Of a stretch of DNA of 64,000 nt, positions 37,391 through 54,397 are shown piece by piece. Below the pieces are notes generated by a model, which was not told the origin of the DNA, searched no databases, and saw only the letters and a list, made by a program, of their open reading frames with translations. The stretch is from the human T2T-CHM13v2.0 reference genome, Homo sapiens. The stretch is from the NCBI RefSeq assembly GCF_009914755.1, contig NC_060932.1; one strand, 5' to 3'. A program made the translations under genes and the position numbers. Within the stretch, counting starts at the first letter, position 1. Each line of letters starts with the position of its first letter.

Positions 37391-37859
37391 CAGGCTAAGA
37401 TGGGAAAGTACCTAGTCCGAGACCTCCTGCCTCCTTCCACCTTTCTGTGTTCAGGAGCCTACTTCTCTGAACATAGAGAGGCTTCTGTGGGGAATCTAAA
37501 CTGGGTTTGATCCATGAAACATGCTCACTCGCTGTGGTCTGCACCGTGGGGTTGTGCCACAGCCCAACTGTTAAACCTCTTAGTTTCTATTTTCTCCTGA
37601 CTTGATAAACCAAGTGGAAACTCTTCACCTGCTCATACCTGTGTCCTAAGCTAACCCCTGAGCAGGGGGCCTAGCATTACATTGGTTTGATCTTAGATTC
37701 CCTAAGGTCGACGTTGCTGCTTGGTTTGGCTTGTCCATTTATTACTTGAGTATTTATTGAGCACCTAGGTGAGGGGTGCAAAGGTGAACAAGACAATACT
37801 TATGGATTCGTTACCATCTGGAGAGGTGGGCACTGGCAGCTGATCTCAACCAGTCCCTC

Positions 37860-38000
37860 CAACCTGCCTATGAAATAGGTACCATTATTAGCCCCATTTT
37901 ACAGAGCAGGACACTAAGCCTTTGAGTCCAGGAAGATCTCACTTGCCCAGGCTTAGCTAGGATTCCAGCCCACATCTGTCCACAGATGCAGTCTGAATAA
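37860..38000 (-). mobile_element. MIR
   Basis: TATGAAATAGGTACCATTATTAGCCCCATTTTACAGA. Confidence 0.75.
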
Positions 38001-39305
38001 CTGCCTTATTCTTCCACAATGTATTAGAAGTTAGCTGGGATGACAGGCCACTTTGGTTAAGGGGATCAAAGGAGAAAGGAAGGGATATTTGAAATGGGCC
38101 TAGAAGGCCATTTTCAATTTTAATGGGAAATGATGGTGAGAAGGACAGAGGATGCACACGGGCATCAGGTGGGAAAGGGCAGAATACATTTGGGGAGTGG
38201 TGGGGGAATGGATGGAGTTAAGAAAACTGTAGAAGTGGAGTAGGACATACACCAGAAATACAAGTAGGGATCTCATCACAGAGGGCCTTGAATGACAGAT
38301 AAGGAAATGGTGAGTTACCTGAGGCTTTTGAGCTGGGGAGTGATGTGATTAGAGTCAGCAGCAAGACAGAGAATGGAATTGTAGGGGAGAGCAGGGAAGC
38401 TGGGAGGCAGGGCTGGGAGGGGAGGGAGACGTGGAGGCCAGCCCTGCTCAGCATCCATTCCAGCCTATGCTGGTAATGTCAGAAACCTGAAGACTGCAAT
38501 TCACACACTTCTTTGTAGCTAGAGTTCTGGACAAGGATTCATGTAGCCTGCATGGGTGATACAGAGGCTGCTTGGTGCTGGGGTCATTTGCTTCTTCATT
38601 CGAGGACTTCCGCATGGCAATGGTGGCTTTCCAGTTTTTTTGTTTTTTGTTTTTTTTTACACAGAGGTAATAGGATTCCAAGAGTTAGGTATTGTTCCTG
38701 GAAGCTCTGCTTCAAATATCTTTCCCAGATTTTTCAGCAATGTGTTAGTTACCTGAACCCGAGTTCTCCTAAAACTAGCTTGAGTGGCTGTTTCTCCAAA
38801 TGAACTGACACCATTGCAATAGAATTAGTAAGGACTTCAACTTGGATGAAAAGCATCAGGGCTGGAAAAAAGGAGGAATGGACGAGCACATTTTGGAGGT
38901 AGAAATGGGCAGGTTGAGGTAAATCTTTGAATGTGGGATGGAGGAAATTGTCAAAGATTATGCTGAGGCTTTACACAGGGACAATGCAAGGAGTGACAGA
39001 GTCATTAATGGGTACAAACAGTAGATTTTGAGAAGCTGCCCTTAATCTGAAGCTTTGGGGAATCAATTGCCTGCCCAGAAGCGTCTGTGTCCTGGAAGCA
39101 AAGCTCTATGAGGACAGCTCTTTGCCAATTTATTCACTATCATAATCACTTTGGCTATGTGCTTGGCATGTGGTAGACACTCAAGACATACCTGCTGAGG
39201 AATGAAATTAGGGTCCAACATGCAAAAGGAATTATGGAAGGAAAATATTTTTAGAGCAAGAGGATAGGAAATTGTGTAGGAAGGATAAAAGGAGTTGAGA
39301 AGTCA

Positions 39306-39464
<159 letters not shown>

Positions 39465-39508
39465 TCAAATTTTTAAAAAGAAAAAGACTACAAGATATAA
39501 ATAGATAA

Positions 39509-39806
<298 letters not shown>

Positions 39807-39849
39807 TAAAACAGAACATTTCAAATGCTTTTCTAAAAATAACTTTTTA

Positions 39850-41120
<1,271 letters not shown>

Positions 41121-41254
41121 TTTGACCCTACCATCTACCCAGATCCTATAAATTTTCCCTCTTAATATTCTTTATTCCTTGTTCCAAGAAATAGATATTA
41201 ATGATCAGTCATTTATCCAATTTGCAATGAACACAATGAGTTTTATAATGAATG

Positions 41255-41787
41255 TTATGCTGGATTATTCTATTGGGAACTATGTTCCCTAGAATTTCTT
41301 TCTCTGTATGATTCTGGGTCAAGTTGGCAAAAAGTGAAGTTGTGTGAGATTTAGGAAGCAGAGATGAAGCAGGCACCATTGTGATCTAAAGACTGATGTT
41401 GGTGAGAGGTGATGAGACACAGACACAGACACACCAGCAGTTTCATTTGCCCTGGTTCTTCCCACTCTGGGTCCACCTGTCCTTTCTCCCTGCTAACTCT
41501 GCCAACAACAGCAACCCCAGGACTACCAGCACATGCTGTGCTGTGAACTCAGAGGCTGCAGTCATGAAGAGCCAACAGCCTTTTGTAGACTGAAGTTTGA
41601 AGCATGGCTTCCAGGCTTCCCTGCAAGCTGGGGCTAGTAAGTAACTTTTCTCTAATTCTTCATCTCCTCTTTCCAGACCTTTACCTTCCAGCTCCTCCCC
41701 AAATTGTGCAAAGTCCATTTCCTGTATAAATTCCTTATCTCATAACTTATAGTGGTCCTGCTTCCCTGAATGAACCCTGACTGATAC
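41255..41787 (+). mobile_element. ERVL-class LTR (LTR50-like)
   Basis: GGGAACTATGTTCCCTAGAA... ends CTGCTTCCCTGAATGAACCCTGACTGATAC. Confidence 0.55.
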
Positions 41788-42254
41788 GCTCACGCTGAAA
41801 TAGTCAACAAATGTAAAAGTGGCAAGCCCTAAAACTGCATATGGTAAAATCTGCAATTGATGAAAAATTGACAGAAGAACTGCATATGGATATTCTGGGC
41901 TGACAACATTGGCAACATCATCACGTTGTTGTTTTGAATTTAAGATCTTGAAGCTGGCTAATTTGCTTCTGTTCTAGAATCCTTCCTCTACCCCATCCCT
42001 AGCCTCCTTGGATCATTCCCTTGTCTCTACCCCCTTGTGTATATTTCCCTCCAGATTAGGGGCTTGTCTTGTCCTATTTGTCTTTGCACTCTTTGCCAGA
42101 AGGGAAGCAAACCCTGTGTTGTAAGAATTCAAGGAAGGAGTGATTAGTTCTGCTCAGGAGAGCTCCCAAACGTCTCCATGGGGGTGCTGGCACGTGACCT
42201 GGGCCTAAGTGTCTGATCAGGACCTCAGTGGGCAGGAAGAGGGAAGAAGTAAGA

Positions 42255-42420
42255 ATAGATAACATTTATCTCCACGTTGTGTGCCAAGCACTGTGCTAAG
42301 GGCTTTACGCATTAACTTATTATCACATCAATTATGTGAAGCAAGCACTATTATATCCTCGTTTTACATATGGGGAAACTGGGAATCAGAGTAATTAGAA
42401 AACTAAACCATCATCACATT
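42255..42420 (-). mobile_element. MIR
   Basis: TGTGCCAAGCACTGTGCTAAGGGCTTTAC...TTTTACATATGGGGAAACTG. Confidence 0.8.
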
Positions 42421-42518
42421 CCCCTACTAATATGCAAGCAAAGTCCAGGGGTGGGGGTTGGTTTGTCCCAGAATTTAACAGCCCTTCCTTAAGAGTGGTA
42501 CTTTTTAAACTGCAATAT

Positions 42519-42757
42519 AGGGAGCTAAGCTATGAGGATGCAAAGGCATAAGAATGACACAATGGACTTTAGGCACAGGAGGAAAGGGTGGGAATGTGGT
42601 GAGGGATAAAAGACTACACATTGGGTACAGTGTATACTGCTTGGGTGATGGGTACACCAGAATCTCAGAAATCACCACTAAAGAACTTATCCGTGTAACC
42701 AAATACCACCTGTTCCCCAAAAAACTATTGAAATAAAAATAAATAAATAAATAAATA
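42519..42757 (+). mobile_element. L1PB1-type 3' end, with AluS (42759-43090) in its tail
   Basis: GGGAGCTAAGCTATGAGGATGCAAAGGCATAAGAATGA... CACCACTAAAGAACTTATCC; TSD AAACTGCAATATAG at 42507-42520 and 43125-43138. Confidence 0.9.
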
Positions 42758-43176
42758 CAGGCCAGTTTGATGGGTCACGCCTGTAATCCCAGCACTTTGG
42801 GAGACCGAGGTGGGCAGGTCACTTGAGGTCAGGAGTTTGAGACCAGCCTGGCCAACATGGTGAAACCTCGTCTCTACTAAAAATACAAAAATTAGCTGAG
42901 CATGGGGGTAGGCGCCTGTAATCTCAGCTACTCGGGAGGTTGAGGCAGGAGAATTGCTTGAACCCGGGAGGCAAGGTTGCAGTAAGCTGAGATTGCACTA
43001 CGGCACTCCAGCCTGGGTGACTGACTGAGGCTCCATCTCAAAACAAAAAACCAAACAAACAAAAAAGTAAAAAACAAACAAACGAAAACAAAGATGTTTT
43101 TCCAGACATGAAAAACAAACAAACAAACTGCAATATAGTCCTTGAATATGTGAGGGAAGCCTGGAAAATGGGAGGA

Positions 43177-43180
43177 GTGT

Positions 43181-43228
<48 letters not shown>
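43177..43228. repeat. (TG)n
   Basis: Dinucleotide run. Confidence 0.95.
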
Positions 43229-43229
<1 letters not shown>

Positions 43230-43428
43230 GGCGGTGGTACTGATGTTTTGTGTTGTTTTCTTTTCTCCTGGGAGAACAGAAAAGAGGCAAGAAGAGAAAA
43301 GGAAAAAATAGAGGGATGATTCTGTAACCTCGTAGAAGGTGGTAGAAATGGCTGAGGGATGTTTTTAAGAACACGACCAAGGAGATTATAAAGTATGTCT
43401 AATGTTCACTTTTAAGTTGCCTGACTTT

Positions 43429-43548
43429 TGCTGGACGTGGTAGCTCACGCTTGTAGTGCCAGCTACTGGAGCGGCCGAGGTGGGAGGATCACTTGAGACC
43501 AGGAGTTTGAGATCAGCCTGGGCAACATAGCAAGACTGTCGCTAAAAA
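43429..43548 (+). mobile_element. Alu monomer
   Basis: Single arm; TSD AAGTTGCCTGA. Confidence 0.85.
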
Positions 43549-44108
43549 GTTGCCTGATTTTCTTTAGTGTAAAGCTCTCCATCTTCCTGAATTTTTAGTA
43601 AAAATAGAGTCTGCTGCACACGCAAAGACATGTCAGTGTGAATTTATGGAAAATAAGGAAATGGCTGAGGCTTGCATTTGAGTTATACAAAATAGCAAGA
43701 TGAGCCCTATGCTGAACTAATTCACAGAAGCAGAAGGTCAGAACAAGAGGCAACCCAGACCTCAGGTCTCCTGGGAACTTGCAGAAGTCTTAGAGGAGGC
43801 ACTGGGCTTTCTAGTCTGTAGAATGGTGTACTCCAGAAAATCTTCTCTGGATCTTAAGGGGCAAGAAGGCTCCAGGTAACTCTTCTATTATTTAAGAAAC
43901 TGGGTGTGTGTATCCAACCTGGAGGCAGGATCTGTGAGCTTGGAGACAGGCTAGTAGCAAATGTTGCTGGAGGTTGGGGGCCAAAATAGAGTGCTGTGGG
44001 GAGTTGAGAGGGGACAGATGTAGCCCTTATGCTCATGGAATTCAACAACTATTAGGAGACTCAAAAATATACAGATGAAAGGATGGGAAAGCAATGCAAG
44101 AAGGTATC

Positions 44109-44735
<627 letters not shown>

Positions 44736-44750
44736 TCATATGGCCTCCCA

Positions 44751-45064
44751 CTTTTGTTTTTATTTTTTAAATAAAAAATTTTTTTAGAGACAGAGTCTTA
44801 CTCTGTTGCCCAGGCTGGAGTGTAGTGGTGTAGTCATGGCTCACTTCAGCCTAGAACTCTCAGACTCAGGCAGTCCTCCCACCTGAGCCTCCTGAGTAGC
44901 TGTGGTGTGCCACTACAATGGGCTTTTTTTTTTTTTTTTTTTAAATAGAGTCAGAGTAGAGTCTCTCTATGTTGCCCAGGCTTAAACTCCTGACCTCAAG
45001 CAATCCTCCTGCTTTGGCCTCCCAAAGTGCTGGGATTACAGGTGTGAGCCACCTCACCCAGCCT
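44751..45064 (-). mobile_element. AluJ
   Basis: Antisense dimer. Confidence 0.9.
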
Positions 45065-45653
45065 AGATCCCTTCCAAAATCGACTTGCTGTTTAGTTATT
45101 CTGAATGGCCTTTGGTAGTGAAAGCTTTTGAAAATAGTCAACAGGCTGCCTAAAAACACTAGCCTTCTGAGATCAGATGATATTGGGCGCATTCAGGGTG
45201 GCATGGCCGTAGACTAAAAACACCAGCCTTAATGTGTGTATACAGCACAGACAAATGCACCAGCCACCTGCCATCTTCCCCCACATTCCCCCAAACCCTG
45301 CCCTGGGAACTACCCTCTTTCAAATCCTGATCAAAATTAGTAGGGAACAAGGAAATTTAGGCCCTTTTGATCAGGAACTTCATTTTGACTTCCAAAATAT
45401 TTTGACCTTTGAAAATATTCTAGAACAAGATCCTAACTTATCTCTCAGTGTTGATGGTCTCCTATGAACGCCCAAGTCAACAAATGTTTATTGAGCACAG
45501 ACCATGTCAGGCACTGGGAGTTACAGAGAGAACCAAGACCCAGCCCCACCCTTGAAGAGCACAATGACTTACTAAAATTCAGAAAAGACTTTTAAATACA
45601 CAATGACCTGGCCTCTAAACAGTCTTGAAGAAACATTCAACATTTAAGCTTTA

Positions 45654-46015
<362 letters not shown>

Positions 46016-46766
46016 TTACCTTGCCAAAAGAGGGTTTTGTTGTTGTTGTTGTTGTTAAATATTAAAATGTCAGGGATGTTCTTTCTTTTAAGAGATTGCT
46101 CAACAGGGCCTTATGTTTCTCAAAAGAGAACTTACATACAAATTCAGTAACTTCATGGAATAGAATGAGAGGCACTATCAAGCAGGCTTGAAGTTGAGTG
46201 ACATTAAATCTACTTTTCAGACTTAATTAAGCCTGAAAGCCCACAAATACCCTCACTCCCAAATCACCATTTATTGTGGAAGATAAAAGCAAATGACTTA
46301 AAATAAAGAAGAAAACCTGCAAAACAACATCTTAGTGTTCTGTCAGAAAACACGGAGTCCTCTGAGGACAGTTAATAACAAAATTAATCCCAAAGAGCTA
46401 ATACCCACCCTCTGTACTGCTGTAGAGTAGCTAATCACGATTTCCTCTTGCCTGAAGGCTGTTTCTGGAAACAAGGACAGGTCCTGCCCTTCCCAGGTGA
46501 GCACTCTCAGGTGGGTTGGGACTGCTGCTAGGCCACTGTTTCTTAAGACTGCCTCCTTTTCCAGGCTCAGGGAAACACCATTGCCTTTTCCTAGATTGCT
46601 GAGAATTTCCAGAGGCCTACGGCCAAAGCATCTTCTTCTGTGGCATACGTAAGTTCATGGATGGATCGCTTGCTGCCCTCAAGTGTGGTCGCTGCTTAGC
46701 ACTCTGTGAACCCGGAAAGAAATCTTAGCCCCTTAGAGTGACCATTAAAAGCCTCTCACAAAGGAA

Positions 46767-46768
<2 letters not shown>

Positions 46769-46813
<45 letters not shown>

Positions 46814-46822
46814 AGAGAGAGA
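46769..46822. repeat. (TG)n(AG)n compound STR
   Basis: About 20 TG followed by an AG run. Confidence 0.95.
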
Positions 46823-46974
46823 GCATGTGTAGCAAGCTTGATTAATGGTTTGGTAAAATGGAGGAGTCTTATATTCCAGCAACACAACATCAAACATTTT
46901 AGCAAGCTCTGTTCTTACAAATCTTTCTGCCACCCCACTTGTGGCCAGAAGGGTTTGCTCCTACTCTCCCTCCT

Positions 46975-47701
46975 TGAAATTGCATTTGCAAAAATTAGAA
47001 CAGTGAGAAAATTATGATAATGAAAGAGATCTGATCTAACAAACTCCCTCTTGCCGCTAACCTTCAAACTGCACTTGATCATTCCTGGGTGTAGCCCAAG
47101 CTAACTTTGGGATAATTTTAATTTATAGCTTAAATAATAGTCCTTCCTAAAACTAAACTGCCTTTGTAAAAGTAATGAAAGACTACTAGGTTTGGAGGAT
47201 GAGAGGGGTCTGAATTCTGCTAAAATGTAGGCATAGTTAATTACCAGCCATTGTTCTGGAGGTCATAACATTTGTGACTTCCCCAATTACTTCTGCAAAT
47301 AACATTACTATTGTAGAACTTAAGCTTGGCCTTTTGAGATGTCTTTTCAGACTTTTGCATTTCTGATGACCGGGTGACTCCACTGGGACCAGAGACTCAA
47401 CCCTCAACAGGTCCTGTGGCCCCCACCTAGAAGTGGACTCAGCGCACAAAGACCATTTCCACACCCCTATGACTGTATCCCCAACCAGTCAGCAGCAGCC
47501 ATTCCCTAGCCCCTCCTGCCAAACTATCTTTAGAAAACTCTAGCCTCCAATTTTTGGGGAGGCTGATTTGAGTAACCAAAAATTCCAGTCTCCTGTTTAG
47601 CCAGCTTTATGTGCATTAAACTCTTTCTCTATTGCAATTCCCCTGTCTTGATCCATTGGCTATCTGGGCAGCAGGCAAAATGAACCAATCATGCAGTTAC
47701 A
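46975..47701 (+). mobile_element. LTR8A-like ERV1 solo LTR
   Basis: TGAAATTGCATTTGCAAAAATTA... GCAGTTACA; TSD TCCT at 46971-46974 and 47702-47705. Confidence 0.85.
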
Positions 47702-47914
47702 TCCTCTCTCCTCACTCCCCTTTTTATCTTCTTCTCTTCTTTTGACCTCAAATTCAAGTTCTTCCCATTGGATTGCAACACCTTGGGACAATTTAGCACT
47801 GCTCAGCCCCTGCTCCTAAACCCAGCTCCAGCCTGCCTCTGCACCACTCATAGTGGCTTGGCTAAAGAGCCTGATTCTGTTCCTAGACAAAGGCCATCTC
47901 TCCCCCATGGGTAG

Positions 47915-48150
47915 CGTGGTAGTTCTTAAATATGTCTACAGATTCTTTGATACTTCTTTCAAAGGGTGACACCTATGTCTCCTCCCCTTTAGTATGGGCT
48001 ATGCTTACTGACTCAATTCCAGTCAATAAAGGGCCACAGAAGTGACATGTGACTTTCCAGATGAGGGCAACAAAGACACTGTGACTTCCTCCTTAGATCA
48101 CCCACTCTGGGGCAAGTCAGCTGCCCTCACAAGGACTCAGAGAAGCTTCT
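47915..48150 (+). mobile_element. MLT1 (F/G-like) fragment
   Basis: AAATATGTCTACAGATTCTTTGATACTTCT...CAGAAGTGACATGTGACTT. Confidence 0.6.
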
Positions 48151-48425
48151 CTCTCTCTTCCCATCCTCCATTACTAATTCTTCCCAATAAACACCACCAC
48201 ACATAACTCTGGGTCAATGTGCAAAGTGTGGAAGGGGTAGAGGGGGAGGTGCTGGGTCACAGCAGAGAAGTAGAGAGATGAGACTAAGGCAATTGAGTGC
48301 AGCAGAGCAGTGCATGGGCTCCAAGCCACAGCAACCTGTGTTGGAGCCCCAGTTCTGGCTCAGATAGGCTTGGTATAAGGCTTGGCCCAATGTAAGTATT
48401 CTTGTGATGATAGCAATTATGGTGA

Positions 48426-49416
<991 letters not shown>

Positions 49417-49451
49417 TAATACTCACAGAGCAACTCAACAAGATTGATATG

Positions 49452-49916
49452 TTGTAGTGATAGAATAGTGTTTCCCCAAAATATATGTCCAAATTGTGAC
49501 TCTAGATACCTGTGAATGTGACCTTATTTGAAAATAGGGTCTTTGCAGATAGAACAGAGTTATTGATTTGGGGATGAAATTATCGTGGATTTACAGTAAA
49601 TCTAATGACTGGTGTCCTTACAAGACAGAGGAAAAAAAGATTTGAAACAGGAGAGACACAGGAAAGAAGGCCATGTGAGGATAGAAGCAGAAGGTGAAAT
49701 CTTTGTTGCCACAAGTCAGAGAAGGCCAGAGCTGGAAGGATCCTCCCCTTCCAGGATTCTCTTTGGAGGGAGAATCAAAGGCCAAGATGTCAGCTTGGCC
49801 TTGCTGACATCTCAATTCTGTGCTTCTGGCCTCTAAAACTATAAAAGAATACATTTCTATTGTTTTAAGCCACCCAGTTTGAGGTCATTTGTTACAGCAT
49901 CCCAGGAAACAAATAC
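49452..49916 (+). mobile_element. MLT1C/D MaLR LTR
   Basis: CCTGTGAATGTGACCTTATTTGAAAATAGGGTCTTTGCAGAT... GGAAACAAATACA. Confidence 0.85.
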
Positions 49917-49933
49917 ATACACATATATATATA

Positions 49934-50203
49934 TTTTTTTAGATGGAGTCTCACTCTATCGCCCAGACTCGAGTGCACTGGTGCAATCTCAGCTCACCTC
50001 CTGGGTTCAAGTGATTCTCCTGCTGCAGCCTGGGACTACAGGCGTGCGCTACCATACCTGGCTAATTTTTGTATTTTTAGTAGAGATAGGGTTTCACCAT
50101 GTCGGTCAGGTTGGTCTCGAACTCCTGAACTCAAGTGATCGGCCCCCCCCCCCTTGGCCTCCCCAGGTGTTGGGATTACAGATGTGAGCCACTGCATCTG
50201 GCC
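49934..50203 (-). mobile_element. Alu with internal deletions
   Basis: Antisense dimer with gaps. Confidence 0.85.
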
Positions 50204-51020
50204 TGAATACACATGTTTTTGTCCCCACTTTACAGATGAGGAAATGAAGGCTCAGAAAGACAAACAAATTTGCTGAGTCTGTTTTTATGCAAAGAGTCAA
50301 TTTATGCTAGATACACATAAAGCTACAGAGTGCTCATAAGATAAATGATCAGGAACCCAAAACAGGAAAATTAGGACAAATGTGTAGCTCTAGGTCCCTA
50401 CTGAAAAAAGGAAAATAGGTTCACATCATTTCAATGGGCAAATTCACACAAATACCAGAACTCATTTAATTAGGTCAGGAGAAACCCTCTTGGAAGGAGA
50501 AAACTAGCAAAGTAGAAGGTTGGGTAACATGTAAAACAACTCAGCAAAACTGTCTATGGAGAAGACCAGTCCATACCAGACAGAGCCAGCCCCAAAGGCG
50601 GATGACCTAGACTCTTGGGAGACTTTGAGCAGATTAAATTAATAGAGCAATTAGGGGCAGGAAGCAGACTAAGCGTCTTAAAATCTGGGAATCCAAGAGG
50701 AAATTTTCAGAACAATTTAGCTTGTAGGAAGGAATCGAGTCATGCACTTTTAATTTCTCTCTGTTTGGTTTCTTTTCAATATGCTGAAATGGCAAGTCTG
50801 AAGAGCAATAAATAAACACAGGTTTCTTCTGAGACACAAACAGCAGGGAATCATTAATTTTTAAGGTCCACCCATTTCCCAAGGAGCCTTGCCTGGTGTT
50901 TGAGCTTTAATCAACTCACGGGAACAAGTTTCTCCTAACCTACACCATTATCATCCCAGGAGCCTTCTCTTGTCTTTTGGGGGGAAAGAAAATTGGCATT
51001 TTCCATAGTTGCAAAAATAA

Positions 51021-51409
<389 letters not shown>

Positions 51410-51521
51410 CCATCTCCTACATTTTGAAATATATTCTTCTGCTAGTTTAGATATAAGGATAAACATGTAATTCAAAACCAAATTGCCTTTAGCTGCTCCT
51501 GCATGTTTATGGGAGGGATGG

Positions 51522-52212
51522 TGAAACCGCCTTTGTAAAATCATGACTGAGACAGTGAAAGAGATCTAACTTAACTGACTCCATCTTGCCTCTAACCCCC
51601 AAGCTGTCCTTGTTCATTCCTGGGCATAGGCTGAACTAACTTTGGGAGAGACTTAGTTTTTCTAATTTAAACAAAGACGGTAACAGCCCTTTCCCAAAGC
51701 AGACCGCCTTCTTGCCTGGGGAGTAGATTGCCTTTGTAGGACTAACATTACCCACAAGATTAAAAATTATGGTTTAGGAGTCATGCAGCTGGAAGTCTAC
51801 AAGATTCTGACCCTCCTTAAACTGGTCCTAAGATCAGTGCTGGAGATATTTTGCAGACCCTGCACTTGATAGATCAGCTGGCACCACCCAGATCAATAAA
51901 CTGGTTCATCGGATCTTGTGCCCCTGGACCCCCCGGAACTGATTCAGCACAAGACAACAGTTTCGACTTCCTATGATTTCATCCCTGACCAATCAGCACT
52001 CCTGGCTCACTGGCTTCCCCCCACTCACCAAGTTATCCTTAAAAACTCGACTCCCCGAATGCTTGGCGAGACTGATTTGAGTAATAAAAAAAACTCCGGT
52101 CTCCTGCACAGCCGGCTCTGCGTAAATTACTCTTTCTCTATTGCAATTCCCCTGTCTTGATGAATCGGCTCAGTCTAGGCAGCAGGCAAGGTGAACCCCT
52201 TGGGCAGTTACG
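51522..52212 (+). mobile_element. LTR8 ERV1 solo LTR
   Basis: TGAAACCGCCTTTGTAAAATCATGACTGAGACAGTGAAAGAGATCTAAC... GGGCAGTTACG; flanks ATGG/GTGG. Confidence 0.9.
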
Positions 52213-52259
52213 GTGGCTGAGGACATAATTCGTATTTGTGGAGAAAAACATAACATCGA

Positions 52260-52510
52260 ATATTATTTACTATGTGCCAAACACTAAGCACTTCATACAT
52301 ATTAACTCTAAGAAACTTTTGTCTACTGCCTGCCAAGTTCAAAGATATTCTTCTATATTTAACTCATTTAATTATCAGCAACCCTACTAAATATTAGTCC
52401 CACCCCATTCTGTAGATAAATAAACTAAGGCAGGGGAAGAACTGTGCCCCAAACCGCACAGCTGGTAAGTGGCGGAACCAGGACTTCCTCCAGAATCTGC
52501 TCCAGAAGCC
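52260..52510 (-). mobile_element. MIR
   Basis: TACTATGTGCCAAACAC... CACAGCTGGTAAGTGGCGGAACCAGGA. Confidence 0.75.
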
Positions 52511-52786
52511 TGCGCTGTGCTGTGCACTCCGTGCGCTGTGTGCTCCGTGCGCTGTGTGGTCCGTGCTCGCTGTGTGCTGTGCACGCGGTGCGCTCTGTGC
52601 TGTGTTGCATGCTCTGTGCTGTGTGCGCTGTGCTGTGTGCGCTGTGCTGTGTGCTCTGTGCTGTGCTCCGTGCGCTGTGTGCTGCGCGTGTGTGCTCTGT
52701 GCTGTGCTCCGTGCGCTGTGTGCTTTGTTGTGCGCTGTGTTCTACGTGCTCTGTGCTGTGCGCTGTGCTGTGTGCTGAGCTGTGCT
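52511..52786. repeat. degenerate (GCTGT)n / (GTGCGCT)n tandem repeat
   Basis: About 275 bp of mixed 5- and 7-mer units, almost A-free on the + strand. Confidence 0.95.
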
Positions 52787-53107
52787 GGCATCGTTCTCAC
52801 TCCTCCTGGTGGCTGTGGGAGGATGGACTGGTAAGGCTTTCTCTTTGTTATCTTCTGTCCCAGACCGGATGTCTGTCACAGTCATCAAGGGGTCTTGTCT
52901 GTAATGCCAGGAGGTGTAGCACGAGATGGGAAGGTGGGGGACACACTGAAGCGAGGAAATCCTAGAGGGAGGGCCAGCCTGGAGGGGCGCAAATACCGTC
53001 GCCCCCAGGCCCCGCCCCACCCCGGCAGCCAGAGCCCTGCAAGCAGTGGGGGCTTTCTACATAAGAGGCATCCACGCTGTGCTGCTCTGAACATTGAGAG
53101 AATGTTA

Positions 53108-53252
53108 GGCTGGGCGTGGTACAGGCTATGCCTGTAATCCCAGCACTTTGGGAGGCCGAGGTGGGAGGATTGCTTGAGCCCAGGAGTTCAAGACGAGCCT
53201 GGGCAACAGAGCCAGATCCGATCTCTAAAAAGAACAAAAAAGAAGAAAGAAA
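53108..53252 (+). mobile_element. Alu monomer (FLAM-like)
   Basis: Single arm with A-tail. Confidence 0.85.
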
Positions 53253-53534
53253 ACATCTGCCACATGCTCATTTTCCTTGCGAAGGTGGTTTTGGAGGAAT
53301 CCAGAGAAATGGCTGAATCCCACCTCTGAGCTGGAGCAGAGAAGGGAAAAAAGAAGTCTGGTTGGTCTGAGAATGAACCCCACAGTCCAGAGGCAGCAGT
53401 GAGCTCCTGGGAATCTGGATAAACTTGAGGAGGACACTGTTCATTGTACTTTACGCCAACGTAGACTGGAGGATACAACCCGTTTTATTTCAGTCCCAGA
53501 GTGACCTCGGATGACACGTGGGAGAGCGCTGTAC

Positions 53535-53830
53535 ATTCATGCATATATATACATGTATGTGATTTGTAACATGTATATTATGTGGTTTATATAACAGATG
53601 CATGACATAAACATGTACCGGTAGAGATGTAGAGAATTCTTTATAAAAAGTGACATAATATAATGAATCAATAAATCTATATATATAGTATACATTGTAT
53701 ATTATGTAAATGTAACATGGCATATTATAAAACATCTATAAAACAAACATAACACATATACTGTTTTATATATGATATGTAAGCACATATTTATATACTC
53801 TTTATTAAAATGTAACATTATATGATTTAA
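53535..53830. repeat. AT-rich degenerate (TA)n
   Basis: TATA/CATA-rich low complexity. Confidence 0.75.
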
Positions 53831-53980
53831 TGTTTTTCCCTTTAAATTTTTTTAACAAAATGGGACATTATTATATACACAATTTTGCGTGTTTTTAATT
53901 TAGGAATATACTGTGTATGCTTTATCTTTTCAGTAATATTCTTTAAGAAGATGATTGTTAATATATTTTTATATTCTTCT

Positions 53981-54103
53981 GTTTGTTTTTGAGGCGGGGG
54001 TCTTACCATGTTGTTCAGACTAGCCTTGAACTCCTGGGTTCAAGTGATCCTCCTTCCTCAGCCTCCCAAGTAGTTAGGATTACAGGCACACACCACTGCA
54101 CCC
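53981..54103 (-). mobile_element. Alu monomer
   Basis: Single antisense arm. Confidence 0.8.
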
Positions 54104-54264
54104 ATCTATATTTTTATATTCTATATGCAGGTACCATAATTTGCTTAATCAGTCTCTTATTTTGGTTATTTGTTTCTGTTTTGAGTTTTTGCTATTATAG
54201 GTAATGCTGCTAATGAACTTTCTTATAAATAGAACTTAGATTCTGATTTCGTACATCTTGCCAG

Positions 54265-54397
54265 CACCAGTCAGGGTCGACAGGAAACAGGTGGCACACT
54301 AAACCTGGGCAATTGAGGGACATCTAATAAAAAAGGTACAAAGGTGTAAGCTGGGTTTACGGAAACCAGCCAGGGATGATGCAGTGCCTCAGGGATA
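54265..54397 (-). mobile_element. LTR33-like ERVL LTR fragment
   Basis: ACCAGTCAGGGTC...GGAAACAGGTGGCACACTAAAC...ACAAAGGTGT. Confidence 0.55.

Noticed and set aside
37655-37675. CTCF-like GAGCAGGGGGC motif
   Set aside because: Partial match only, expected by chance
52387-52965. Cys/Ala/Val-rich and His/Thr-rich ORFs (metallothionein- or keratin-associated-like)
   Set aside because: Products of the GCTGT tandem repeat, open in several frames
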